A stretch of 63,179 bases of DNA, counting the filler, from Collodictyon triciliatum (lineage: Eukaryota), in NCBI GenBank assembly GCA_043381765.1. It is 11 parts of 11 records of this genome, joined end to end, with 100 filler letters (N's around TTAATTAATTAA, not from the genome) between each part and the next. Parts side by side here need not be neighbours in the genome. Positions count along the whole stretch, not along the records: positions 12,256 to 15,929 come from JBHJMP010004761.1; positions 16,030 to 22,052 come from JBHJMP010004763.1; positions 22,153 to 27,333 come from JBHJMP010004765.1; 8 more parts are not named here. One strand, 5' to 3'. Position numbers and translations under genes: made by a program. Of the stretch, positions 12,331-24,379 are shown one piece after another. Position 1 is the stretch's first letter. Each line of letters begins with the position of its first letter. A model generated the notes under the pieces. It was not told the origin of the DNA. It saw only the letters and a program-made list of their open reading frames with translations, and did no database searches.

Positions 12331-12957
12331 GTTCCAAAGAGCTCGCTCCGTCTTATTAGTTGTTTGTTGTACTCACGGGTCGGTGGTAGCTGATGTCTTT
12401 GTCGTCGGTGTGTCTCGCTGCATAACCCGTGAGGTAAAGGGATATGGCATAGTGGCCTGTTGGCTCTCTGCGTTGACTGCGTTAGCCTTCCCGGTTTGCG
12501 TACGGTTGGTGGGCGTTACACGGGGCAGGGCTGTGGCGCCGGTCTCGTCCTTCTCGGGATCGCTCTTTCCGATCGCTTGCGTGTTTTTTTTCTCGGCTTC
12601 AGAACGTAGCGGGTTGAGAGAAGAAGGAAAGAACGCCAGTGTAATAATACTATTTTCTGGAGAAAGCCTCCTTTGTCTCCCAGTATTTTTGTTATGTCTC
12701 AGCAAAACAGACTTTTATTCATTCGTTGTGGTTTTTTTTTAATTGTTCTTTTCAACTCTGTCTCTCTCAGCGCGATCACCACATTTATTCACTTTGTGAT
12801 TTATTTCTGGCTCGTGACTTAATCTGAAGGCAAAGCCGAGCCCACAGAAAAAAAAGAGGAGAAAAGAGGAAGAAAAAGAAAACAACAACCAAACACAAAG
12901 ACCCCAAGCAGACGAGATTGGCCACTCACCCGCCCATCAGCACACAGAAAATCTTGC

Positions 12958-15224
12958 ATGGCAGAACGAGCCAGAATGAACCGACTCGCGCAACTTATCC
13001 TGACTCAAGAATCAGGCTCAGGCTCTGACTCACAGAAGAGCCGCACCCTTCGCATAGGCCTGCAACTCCAGGACTGCGACTTGGCTCACGCAACGCAATA
13101 TGTCCATGAATGGCGCAAAAGCCTCACAAAGCAGTGGGAGTCGCTACAGGACAGCCGCAAAGCGCAGGAAACTCTCGAGCTCTATCTCGTTGTTTTGCCG
13201 ACTGACGCGCACCAATCGCCGTGCTGTCTCGACGAAATCACTGCCGCGCATCTCGACCTGACTTGGTTAGTTCAAGGCGCGCCTTCGTGCCTCACGGCCC
13301 CGGCAAAAATCCCTGCTGTTTTATGGGATCCTCGTGAGGAGCTCTTGGTCCAGGAAGAGGCTGGCCAAGTGCAGGCCAAGAAGCTTGTCGAGGCATTCGC
13401 CGACGCTGTCCGCGCCTCGGAGACCGTGCGCAGTAGACTTGCTCAGGCGAAGACATTGGTGCTCTTGGGTGACTCTGTGGTGAAGACGAGAATCCTTGCT
13501 GAGCCAAGGAGCAAGTTGCATCTGGATTCTTTGTTTCCTCAGACAAGCGTGATTGTGCCAGAATATCCCCAATGCTGGGTTCCTTCTGAGAAAAAGACGG
13601 TGTGGGAGAAAGAAACAACAGATGCATATGAGTGGGTCATTGGAGGGCGAAGGTTTTTCTATGGGAGTCAAAAAGAGGACTTTGAGGCAGGTGGGGTCGT
13701 TGTTTACTTCGGGTCTGAAGGAAAAGACCTGTCGAATATATTGCTTCACAATAATCAATTAGATGTAAGAATAATGCTCCCCATTTGTTCCCAAAAAAAA
13801 AAGCACAATTAATTTATTTTAAAGATACATGTACATATAGGGAGGTCAATAAGAATGATTAGTTGTTTTTGGTCACTTTTTTTTTAATGAATTTACGTTA
13901 TGGCAATTGAAAATAGCTCTTTGTTTTATGGCCTGAATTTTATAAGCATATTTTTGTGTATTAAGTTGAAAAACATATTTTTTTCATAGATATTCTCGTT
14001 GAATGAAGAAAATCATTCCCTCCGACTGGAAACGCCTGAAGTAAATAGAGCTCTTCGAAAGCGGTTCTTTCTGGTGATAATCTTTTGAGAAATATTGTGT
14101 AATATAATCTAAAAAATCGGTACTGTTTTTTTTCCACCAGAATTGGCGCTCACCGGAAACTATTTTCATTGGGAGCAATATTTCTAGGATTTACGAAACA
14201 AGAACACATTTGAAAAGCACTTAGTACAGTGGTTTATATGCACTATTTAATTTTAGATCGAGAAGGCCAAAGACGCTGAAGTTGTAGGTATCATCATAAG
14301 TAATTTAGGAATCGCAGACTACATTAAAGTGGTTGACAGACTGAAAGCCGTCATAAAAAAGTCAGGAAAAAAGTATTATACGTTTGTCATGAACAAGCTG
14401 AATCCTGCAAAACTAGCAAACTTTATGGAGGTAAACAGGATGAAATTATGATTATTATATTGAATCCAATTATTATGATTCAATATTTTGAATCTAATTA
14501 TTATGTGCACATTACTTAAATTGTTGATTGTATACTTCCTCACTACAATACAGCTTCTTTTTTTTTACAGAAAAGAAAGACACAAGATTGATTTTTAGTA
14601 AGGATGGCACAAATACGTCTGCTTTTACGAAGAAGCCCTCTAAAATATTTTTCTTGTAGATTGACATTTATGTTTTGGTGGCGTGCCCTTTCAACTCTAT
14701 GATTGATTCCAAGGAATTCTATCGTCCTGTAATCACTCCTTTCGAACTGGAGCTAGCCTTGTCTGAGTATGAATTTCTGATGCTACGTTTATCATAACTG
14801 ATTTACTTCTCTTACTTAATTTATTCGAGAAACTCTAGAAAGACATATGCTTATGCTTTAATTGACGCATACTTTTTTGTTTGTTTGCTATTAATTTTTT
14901 AATTTTTATTTAATTTTGTTAAGTGTAGGCTCGGCACAAAAGCTCGAGAATTCCTCAGTCATATGTATTTATCATTATCTTTCTATATGTAAAAAAGAAC
15001 GAGGCAATGGTCTGGGAAAATCGAAGTTGATTTTTCCCGAATTTTGAAGTTGGCGGAGGATGAAGAAAAGGAGAATGCGTCACTTGATCCGAAGGTTTTT
15101 ATTTATTTTTATTTTATTTTTTACATTCTGTTGTATTCTTTTAGTAGTTCCACTTTTCTACATTTGGTGTGTTTTATGTTTAGCTTTGTTTTTTTTTTTT
15201 TTTTTTTTTTTTTTTTATTTTTTG

Positions 15225-15260
<36 letters not shown>

Positions 15261-15663
15261 TATATATATGTTTTGGAATTTTAGATTGCTGTTGTTAATT
15301 TGGCGATGCACTTCGAAGATGACACATAATATTGTCCATTCATTTGTATTCCCATAGGCAACAACAGAGGGTAATTCCGACGACGAAGGGGATATCTCTC
15401 TCATAACAGGAAAAGTAAGAGCAAAGAAGCCAATTTCAGTTTCAATCGAGACTCCCTCCGCATCGAATGCATTGATACACGGGTGGGACAGGTCTGCCAT
15501 TAAACATACGTAGTCATTCGTAATGACCTTTATATATAGCTCACCTTTGTTGACTTTTCTGTTACAATTTACATGATTAAAATTATTGCTTCAAAGCGCC
15601 GCCGCACAATACCTCGTACAAAGGTCCTATCAAGGACTTGTCCAAGATATCGGCAAAACAGAG
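12958..15663 (+). CDS. DPH2: Diphthamide biosynthesis protein 2, multi-exon; last exon not resolved
   Basis: Motifs [37 protein letters not shown]...[26 protein letters not shown]...[12 protein letters not shown], and the DPH2-type C-terminal [10 protein letters not shown]. Confidence 0.88.
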
Positions 15664-18600
15664 GTTGTTCATTCCATAATCAATTTAATTTTCATCCTCG
15701 CGTTAAATGTGCTCCCACCGAATTTGAGCTCAACATCACTTTTCTCTTATGTTGCCATAATTAATGTCACTTTTTTTTGCAATGATTCAGGTCGAGGTTA
15801 AATATGAAAAAAAAAATGACACAATTCTGATAAAAACATAATTAAGATTTTTTTTTTTTTTTTTTTTTTTAAAAAAAAAGATAAAATTTCACACCCAAGG
15901 GCGCTTCAGAAGGGCTGGAAAATATAACANNNNNNNNNNNNNNNNNNNNNNNNNNNNNNNNNNNNNNNNNNNNTTAATTAATTAANNNNNNNNNNNNNNN
16001 NNNNNNNNNNNNNNNNNNNNNNNNNNNNNTCTTTCTTCTTTCTTCTTCTTTCTTCTTCTTTCTTCTTCTTTCTTCTTCTTTCTTCTTCTTTCTTCTTCTT
16101 TCTCCTTTCTCCTTTCTCCTTTCTCCTTTCTTTTCCTTTCTTTTTCCTTTCTTTTTCCTTTCTTTTTCCTTTTTTTTTCCTTTTTTTTTCCTTTTTTTTT
16201 TCCTTTCTTTTTCCCTATTTTTGTCCCTCTTTTCGTAAAAGGTATACATTCCAGTTTCTTTATTCATTCTCTCACTGTGTTATCGTAACCAACCAAGAGC
16301 ATGAAAGCTTCTCACTTTCAAACAACGGTCCAAATTTATCGCTCCTTAACCATGGACATGTTAAGATATCTAAACATTAATGGATACAGTATGTTGTTTG
16401 ATTACTTTTTATATAAAACATCATATCCCATGAAATTTAATTTCCGCAATCATGTGTGGTTGAAAGTTCTGCAATATATGTACGGAATATGCAGTATATA
16501 ACTTTTGGGTGAATGTTTTGCTAATTGATTACTATTTTTGAATGTGATACCCCTAAAACTCCACAGACTTACCAATCGATTGGTCATATATCGATGAGGA
16601 AATGGACTCCGTATTAAACCTTATCAGGTCAAGATATCATATGATGACCAGTTTTGAAAAGACCTCTGGTTTGGCATCTGACCGCTCACCGTCCCCTGAT
16701 ACAAGGGAGCCATAGAAACATAGTTCGATCATCCCCATTGTGTCTATATACCCTCTTGTTTTATTCTCGAAAACGTTTATCTAATCTATGCCATTAACTC
16801 GCCCATGAAATCTTTTTGGGTAAACTGCGGTGGTTCATGCGGTATCATTATAAAAAGCTGAATAGAAAAAACGTGATGTATATATTCGTTAGTTACCTCT
16901 AGCCATTGTCATAAATTGGCGTTGGAAGAAATTAATTCTTTCATTTATTTGAATCATATTGGGGAATTCGTAGATTGGATAAGCAATGTTACATCTATTG
17001 TTGGATTGGATTGGATTGGTAATTTTAGGGAGTTGTGAGGAAAGGGTCGAAAACTCAGGGGTAGAGCAAATCTGGACAACACACCGCAAAGATCAAACTT
17101 ATCATTTCTGGAATATAATATAAATTATGATTTTTGGATATTATCTGTCAAATATTGTCATAATTAATAATATTTACCACAAAAATATTATATTATATGC
17201 AGATTATGTATAGAGAACAAGAATTACAGCTGCTGACGTATCATTCACGGAATTTTCGCAACCATCTCGCCATAATTGAAAAAAATGGACTTGAATAGTT
17301 AAATTGACGATAATTCAGCATAAAAAGTAGAAGCCTCTTTCCGAAATTTTTCTGAGCCGCTTATTGCTAACAATATCAAGTATAGACAAATATAGTAAAT
17401 ATTAGCAAACATTAGCAATACATAGCGATATAGCCCGATTATTCTGGAAAACCCAAATAACCACAAGTTTCGAGAATCTTCTCAACTCCCAAGAAAGGGA
17501 GTTCGTCTATCTGAAATGGAATCATCTACGGATTTTTCTCTATGAAAACACATATTTGGAAATAGCTATTTTATTAATCTGGAAAAATTGAGATTTTTTT
17601 CGATTTCCCCGTGATTTTGGCGGGAGTCCAGGCAAATGAGCCGCTTATACATGGGTTTGTGGACGTGGAAGCTGTTTGGCGAGATAAAGATTCACATTCA
17701 CACGGATGAATCACCCGCGAGAGAGATCAGGGTCGCCCACGTGGGGTTTCCGCAGTGAACAGAGATACCACCCGATCGGAAGAATGGCCGACCGATCGCC
17801 CCTGAGGATGTTATAATCCACAACTCGCACAGCTTATTTTGCTGCCTAACCAACAAGATTCCGCTCTATTCTTACGTAGTTACCGTCTAAGCCTCCCGCA
17901 AAGCTCCACACACACACACGCACACACCAACGCCTTCAAAGTTCGACCACCAAGTACTTTTCTGCCACAAAGGCTTGTTAGCGTTTTCTTCCTACCAGAG
18001 AATCGTCATACAAGCCCGTTAACTCCAACGCGTGATTCAACAACCTGCCCAGCCGCCCGGCACTGCGCCAAATCTCCTCCACATCCCTCTTCCCCCTCAA
18101 ACGAGTGTGTCCCAGCTTATCGTGTCGTGTAAACCGGCCTGTAATTTGCGTAAGTGGACTCGCTCTTAGTCTCGCTCTTATTCGGTCGTTTTTTTTATTT
18201 TTACCTTCCTAGAGTTAATTTCTGTTTTTTTAAATTATGTCTATACACGAGTCGCGTATTAAAGTCCCTACCCAAGAAATGCTCCCACAACCACCCTACA
18301 GAATCTCCCCCTCCCCCTTTTTTTTTTTAATTGTGTTGCATGCCCTCAGTTGGCGTTTCTTGACGAAGACAGCAAGGAAAGTTTGGAGAGAATAAGTAGG
18401 AAGTCCCCATAGCGTCTCGAGTGACGAGTAGGGACTATAGCACACTCCCACTGGAGAGTTCTGAAACCTGCTTGCAGCTTCTAGTCACAAGAGTAACCCC
18501 TAGTTCTTTCAGCATCTTAGAAAAAGCCCAGAAGAGAACAGGCCGACTGCACAGTCCAACCCAGTGAGTGTCTTTGTCGAGTGAGGAAGGAAGCCATTGC

Positions 18601-19897
18601 AGTGTCTTTGCCCCATTGTATTCGTGCCCCAATTCCAATAGTGCCCCGTGACCGCCCGAGCCTTTGACCCGTTTAACGGTAAATAATATCTTGTTTTATT
18701 CATCGTAGTCAAACGAGCAGGCAGTACAAAAGCTCCGTATACCAGTCATCACAACTCAACTCTTGAAACTTTAACTGCACACGTCACCTCTTTGTACTTG
18801 ATTCATGTGGCGGACAAACCATTCACACTCACTATATCTATTTGACTCTGCCAGAAACACCCTGTTGTAAGTTGTCCCTTGATTATCTTGTCCAATACGT
18901 ACGCTCAGTGTCGTGACCTGTTGACCTGTTGTCCTGTTGACCACCCTTTTGCCCCCTTGTTTGTCCCTAACATATCCTCTATCCCAGTGCCCACTCGCTA
19001 GAAATCAGGTAGGCTCACGTCCTGGATTTATATGCTTGTCACGGTTCTTGATCATATTTCTTTTTTCTACATTCTCACATACACAAACACATAAATGAAT
19101 ATGACATCCGTATTTGTTGAAGTGCTTGTTGTCATGGGCTGACATGGAAAGTTGAGGAAGGGAATGCTGCAAGTGGAAAGAGGCCGTGTGTCTGAACAAT
19201 ACACACAAGCCGGTGCTTATTTGTGACTCCAACTACCCTATCTTGTTTCTGAAGGGAGTATCGCAACTAGTCTGGTCATGTGTGAGATTACTCTTTCTCT
19301 GCCAGTCACCCTCAATTGAGGAACTGCTTAAGGAAGTTGATGAAGCAGCTATTTCATCAAGATACAGTTCAAGACCTGATCATATGACTTTTTGAAGGGA
19401 CCAGTATTCCCATTCAGGAGTAGTGAATCAGTGAGCTATTTCCACTAGAGCGGCATTCCCTTTACAACCAAAACCATAGCCTGAGCCAACAACACGGAAA
19501 TGCTTGAGTTTGACACTTCAACTTGTCTTTCTCTCGCCCTTATATATTTTTCTCTATTCCTTAGTTCTGGAAAAATCATGAACCCACATATTAAATATAT
19601 AAGCGAATTATATGTTACTGTGCTTATATGCGGTAAATACACAACGCAAATTATCCATATAGACCATTACCGTGCCCTCAAATCTTCCCCACATACCTTG
19701 AACATACGAATGACAAATACCCTGAATTCTCAGCCCCCTCTACACATATTTTTTTGAAGTGTTGTTTTCGCCTATAAGATATCCGCGTTACTCATTACCT
19801 CACTAACCTCTTTTCTATATATTTTCCCTCCTGTTTTCTCCTTCCTCCCATCTTGTCAAACATGCAGATACACAAGACCAAGGACGCTCGTAGCGCC

Positions 19898-21840
19898 ATG
19901 ACACGCCACTCACCCATCTTTGAGAGCTCCCTGTTTCCCACCGGATTCGGACTGAATCCATATTCCGAGAGCTTCTCGTACGGGGCCAACTCGACCAGCC
20001 CTTTCATACTGCCGGACATGTCTGCTGCATATGAGAGCGAGTACAGCAACACAGCAGCCGCAGCCTTTAAGTCATTCGAGCCACCCATGGGACACTACGC
20101 CAACCCGCCGGCAGCCCGGGCGTTCGGGGGCAAAGCAGGAGCTGCCCCGGCCCTCCTTCAGGTGCCGATCCTAGCGGAGCCGAAAGACGCGTTCGGGGGC
20201 TTTGCGGCCAAAAGAGGGATGGAAAAGCCACCGGGCAAAAACGCGGTGTCGGCAGCAGCGGGAGCAGGAGGAGGGGCATTGTCGAGCCTCGCAAAAGGCA
20301 GCGCCCCGACGCCCGGACTGGTGAACTGCAGCCGGGTGCGACCGGACAAGATCGGTAAGAAGACAAGGCGCCTCGCTCAAAGGGTTAAGATACATATGTA
20401 CTCTTTGCACTACCATCCCATCCCATCCCATCTCATCCCATATGATGTCATATGATGTCATGTCATATCATCCCGTCCCACTGTCCGTTGGACTGACGAC
20501 CCGCCCACGGCAGACTTTGCCCTATCGTTCCGGCGACACCTGGACCATGTCTCGCACGACCCGCGGCGCAACAACAAGGTGACGCTGCAGAAGATCTACG
20601 AGGAGTGGGTGGCCGGGATGACGGCGCCGCCCGTGCTGACGTACTCGGAGTCCCTCTTTGCCATGTACCTGTGCGGCGTCATCAAAGTGGTGGGTGGATA
20701 GCGGCGACCCGCGATTGGCGGTGCCATGGGCAGACCAAAGCCTCCTCCTCCTCCTCCTCCTGCCTCTAACATCCTTCTGCCCCCACCCACCTGCAGCACA
20801 AGAACGGGGACGTGACGTACAAGAGCCTCAGCACGTCCGCCGAGATCGTGGCCAGCAACTTCGCCAAGGTGGTTCCGCAGGAGCAGCACGTGGAGCTGAC
20901 GCACGTGCTGTGGCGGGCCATCGAGCGGCTGCACACGGCGCGGCAGCAGCCCAGCCTGGCGCACATCCGGCAGCAGATCGGCGACTTCCTCGGCACAAAG
21001 AAGCTGTCCGACACGGACTGGCGCAACCTGACCAACGTCCTCAACTGGTCCGACGACTTCCGCAACCACCCCGCCACCATCGACGGCGCCCCGGTGCAGG
21101 TCTACACGCTGGCTGCCCCCGCGTCGTCACCGTCGCCATCCGTGGCGCATCCAGTGGCCGGACTGGGCGGCCCAGTGAGCTCCGAGATCGGGCTGGTTGC
21201 GGCGGTGCGGGCGTTCATCCAGCCGGGGGCGGAGGGCGGGCACCTGGGCATCCGTGCGGGGCTGCAGCCTGCTGATGCGCGACGCCGCGACGAGTGGCTG
21301 AGTGCAAAGGCTGCGCTGCTGCTCAAGGCCGCCCCGGCCCCGCTCTGCGCCGTCCCCCACCACAGCCTCGTGCGCTACCTGCAGCTGATCCTGCAGGACC
21401 CCCACCCGGCCTGGGCTGCCACTGCCACTGCCACTGCCACTGCCACTGCCGCCGCCACCGCCACTGCCACCGCCGACCAGCCTCCCAACGCCCCCGGTGA
21501 TGATGGTGATGATGGTGATGATGATGATGATGACGACACCGGCTACAGCTACGGCTCCCTCGAGATGGCCGCCGCCTGCGCGCACTCCCCCGACGACCTG
21601 CGCCGCTCACGCTACTCCCACCAGCACCCCTACTCCTTCCCCCACCCGCCCGTCTCCGCCCCCCGTGCGCCCCTCGACAGCCTCTTCTCCGCCCCGCCCG
21701 ACCCCCTCGCCCTCGGCATTGGTCTCGGCCTCAACGCCCCCGCCTCTGCCCCCGCCGCACTCCCGCCCAGCAGCCTCAATGCGAACCCCATCTCCAGCCT
21801 CTTCAGCCTCCCCTCCATCTTCGGCTCCTCCGCCTTCTAG
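19898..21840 (+). CDS. Hypothetical GC-rich protein with a possible helical/winged-helix core, at least 3 exons; start uncertain
   Basis: Clean splicing (introns about 20354-20513 and 20690-20796) gives a continuous frame: PDKI|DFALSFRRHL...VTLQKIYEEW...CGVIKV|HKNGDVTY... It shows strong C/G-ending codon bias, and Ala/Thr and Asp homopolymers near the C-terminus. Confidence 0.6.
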
Positions 21841-22341
21841 ACTGCCCTCTGCCTCCAGTGCCGCATGGCTCTTCAATTCAATTCAATTTTTTTTTTAATA
21901 ATCATGATTATATATACATGTAAGTGTGTGTGTGTGGATGCGGATGGATTGGACGTGGCTGTTGAGTCTCATCCGCCCGCTATCCGCCCCGCCTCCCGTT
22001 CCTTTTCTTGCTGCGTGTTTTAATTCCTTTTTTTTTTTTTTTTGCGTGAATANNNNNNNNNNNNNNNNNNNNNNNNNNNNNNNNNNNNNNNNNNNNTTAA
22101 TTAATTAANNNNNNNNNNNNNNNNNNNNNNNNNNNNNNNNNNNNNNNNNNNNAAAAAATAAAAAAAAAAAAATGATTTAAAAAAAAAAATTTTTTTTTCC
22201 CTCTTTTCCAAAAAAAAAAAAAAAAAAAGGAAAAAACGAAACAGGTAAATGTATATTCGACACTGGACACAACTGGCTAAAATGAAATGTTTCCATCTTT
22301 CTCTCTTTCATGTTTTGCTTCCTTTCAAAATATAATGCTTA

Positions 22342-23994
22342 CTCTGGAGACGAAATTTTTGTTGTTCTGACATTTCTGTCCACCAAATCTGCGCAAATAT
22401 ATGTTCGATTTTAATTCGCAGCAGACAAGAATATTTTTTATGCGAAATCATATATTAAAAAAACTTCGATTCCTTACTTGGATCACGGCAGATGGTCTCT
22501 ATAAACATGCAAGGGACTCTAATCTCGTCGAATGTTTTCTTAATTTCTGCTCTTCTTTCCTTAATAGAATTCGTGGCATCATAAATTCCGATTTGGACGG
22601 ACTATGTATTAATTTAACTGTGAATATATTGGGAATAAATCAACTAGCCACTAAACCAAATGAAAAGTATCACCAGCCAAGCATATATTAATATTTTTGC
22701 TAACTCAATCATATTTATGATGTATCAAAATACACAGAAAATGAATTACATCACAGTTTGAAGTAGCTTTTCACCAACAAATTAAATTACTTTTTTAAAG
22801 AAAGATGGATAAACATAAAAAATACATTTTCCTCACTGGTTATCCATTCCACCATATCGATTAATGCTTGGTCTGCACATCTCTTTCTTGCAGCGGCTGC
22901 CTCTGGGTTTCTTGGGTCGAAGAATGTGTGGGGTTGTTCACTGCCATACATTATCCTATGCCCCAGATTATCATATATTATTACTACAAAGTTAAATGAT
23001 TATCTCCGAGAAATTAAATTATTATTATTATACCAATGATTATGAAAAAGATGAGCATGAACCTTCTGTAATTTCCAACATTGAATATTCGTGTTGAATG
23101 TCCTCTCCAAGCCATGTATCTGGCGACGTGCCTGGCGATGTAGGACTTACCTGAATCATTTTTTAATTAGGAAAGAACGCATCAATGTGCAATATGTGAA
23201 CGATGCTCTTCATTCTCTTTAGCTACAGAATGCAAACGAAGAATTGGTTACGTGAAATCCAGTGTTAACACATAGCTACGTAATGACTGTTGAGGAAAGA
23301 AAAGAAAAGAAAAGAAAAGAAAAGAAAAGAAAAGAAAAGAAAAGAAAAGAAAAGAAAAGAAAAGAAAAGAAAAGAAAAGAAAAGAAAAGAAAAGAAATAA
23401 ACCATGCATACCTCTTGCTGGAAGACCAACCATTATGACAGCGAGTTTTCTGCTGTCGGTTGCATGAGGTGTCAAGGGGAGAAGTGAGTGAGCTTCTTTG
23501 AGTCTTGAATCATTTTCTTGGTCATCTGTTGAACTTTCAGCGATCTAGGATAAAAAAAAGTAAAGAGAAAAAGAGAAAAAGAGAAAAAGAGAAAAAGAGA
23601 AAAAGAGAAAAAGAGAAAAAGAGAAAAAGAGAAAAAGAGAGAAAAAGAAAAACGATTACTTCCATCGCGCTCATACCCTCTAAAATATGCTCTTGTTTGC
23701 AAATAAGGCGTGTATGATGTAGAGTACGCTCTATCATTTGAGGTATCTACTCGCATATATTGGGATATATTACCAGTATAGGTTCGCTCTTCTCATTGGG
23801 AGGTGATGCTGAGGGCGGGGACTCAAGGTCGTCTATGGTAGGGATAGGCTCCTTTTGAGAAGACATAGACTTTATCTTCACTGAAAGGTTTGGGTTTTAA
23901 ATTCATATATCAAAGATCCTACCTAGGTTCACGGGCTTAGGGATGTGATTTTCATCGATCTTCACGGTGAATTCGAAGCTACCAGTTGTGTAAC

Positions 23995-24035
<41 letters not shown>

Positions 24036-24203
24036 AAAAAAGAAAAAAAGAAAAAAATTACTCAGAGAACTCGCAGCGACGCCGGAAGAACAACGGCAAG
24101 TCGAACAAAAATAAAACCCGTAGTTCTGGAGGATCTCGTTCGGCTCACGGCGGGTGCCTGTCGATGGTGTGGCGAGGGAGCCCCAACTGGGGATCTTCTG
24201 CAT
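22342..24203 (-). CDS. PFKFB: 6-phosphofructo-2-kinase/fructose-2,6-bisphosphatase, kinase half; truncated by the contig end
   Basis: Spliced motifs LAVIMVGLPARG|KSYIA (P-loop), IFNVGNYRR, FFDPRN, GIYDATNS..ERR, FIETICRDP and KISSPE. The start codon is tentative. Confidence 0.88.
23297..23396. repeat. (AAAAG)n intronic microsatellite
   Basis: Perfect pentamer array in a PFKFB intron. Confidence 0.9.
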
Positions 24204-24379
24204 GGGCAGCGGGCGGTGCGGGCGGTTTGCGGACGTGTGGGTGTGTGCGGGAGAGTGAGTTTATTGCAAGCGACGCACAAGGCAGCCCAGGATAAAGGCG
24301 GCAAGTGACGCACACCTGTCAGAGGCGGCGCTGTTGACATCAGCAACCCACAAGGGGCGCGTCCTGCCGCTTCGCCCGC

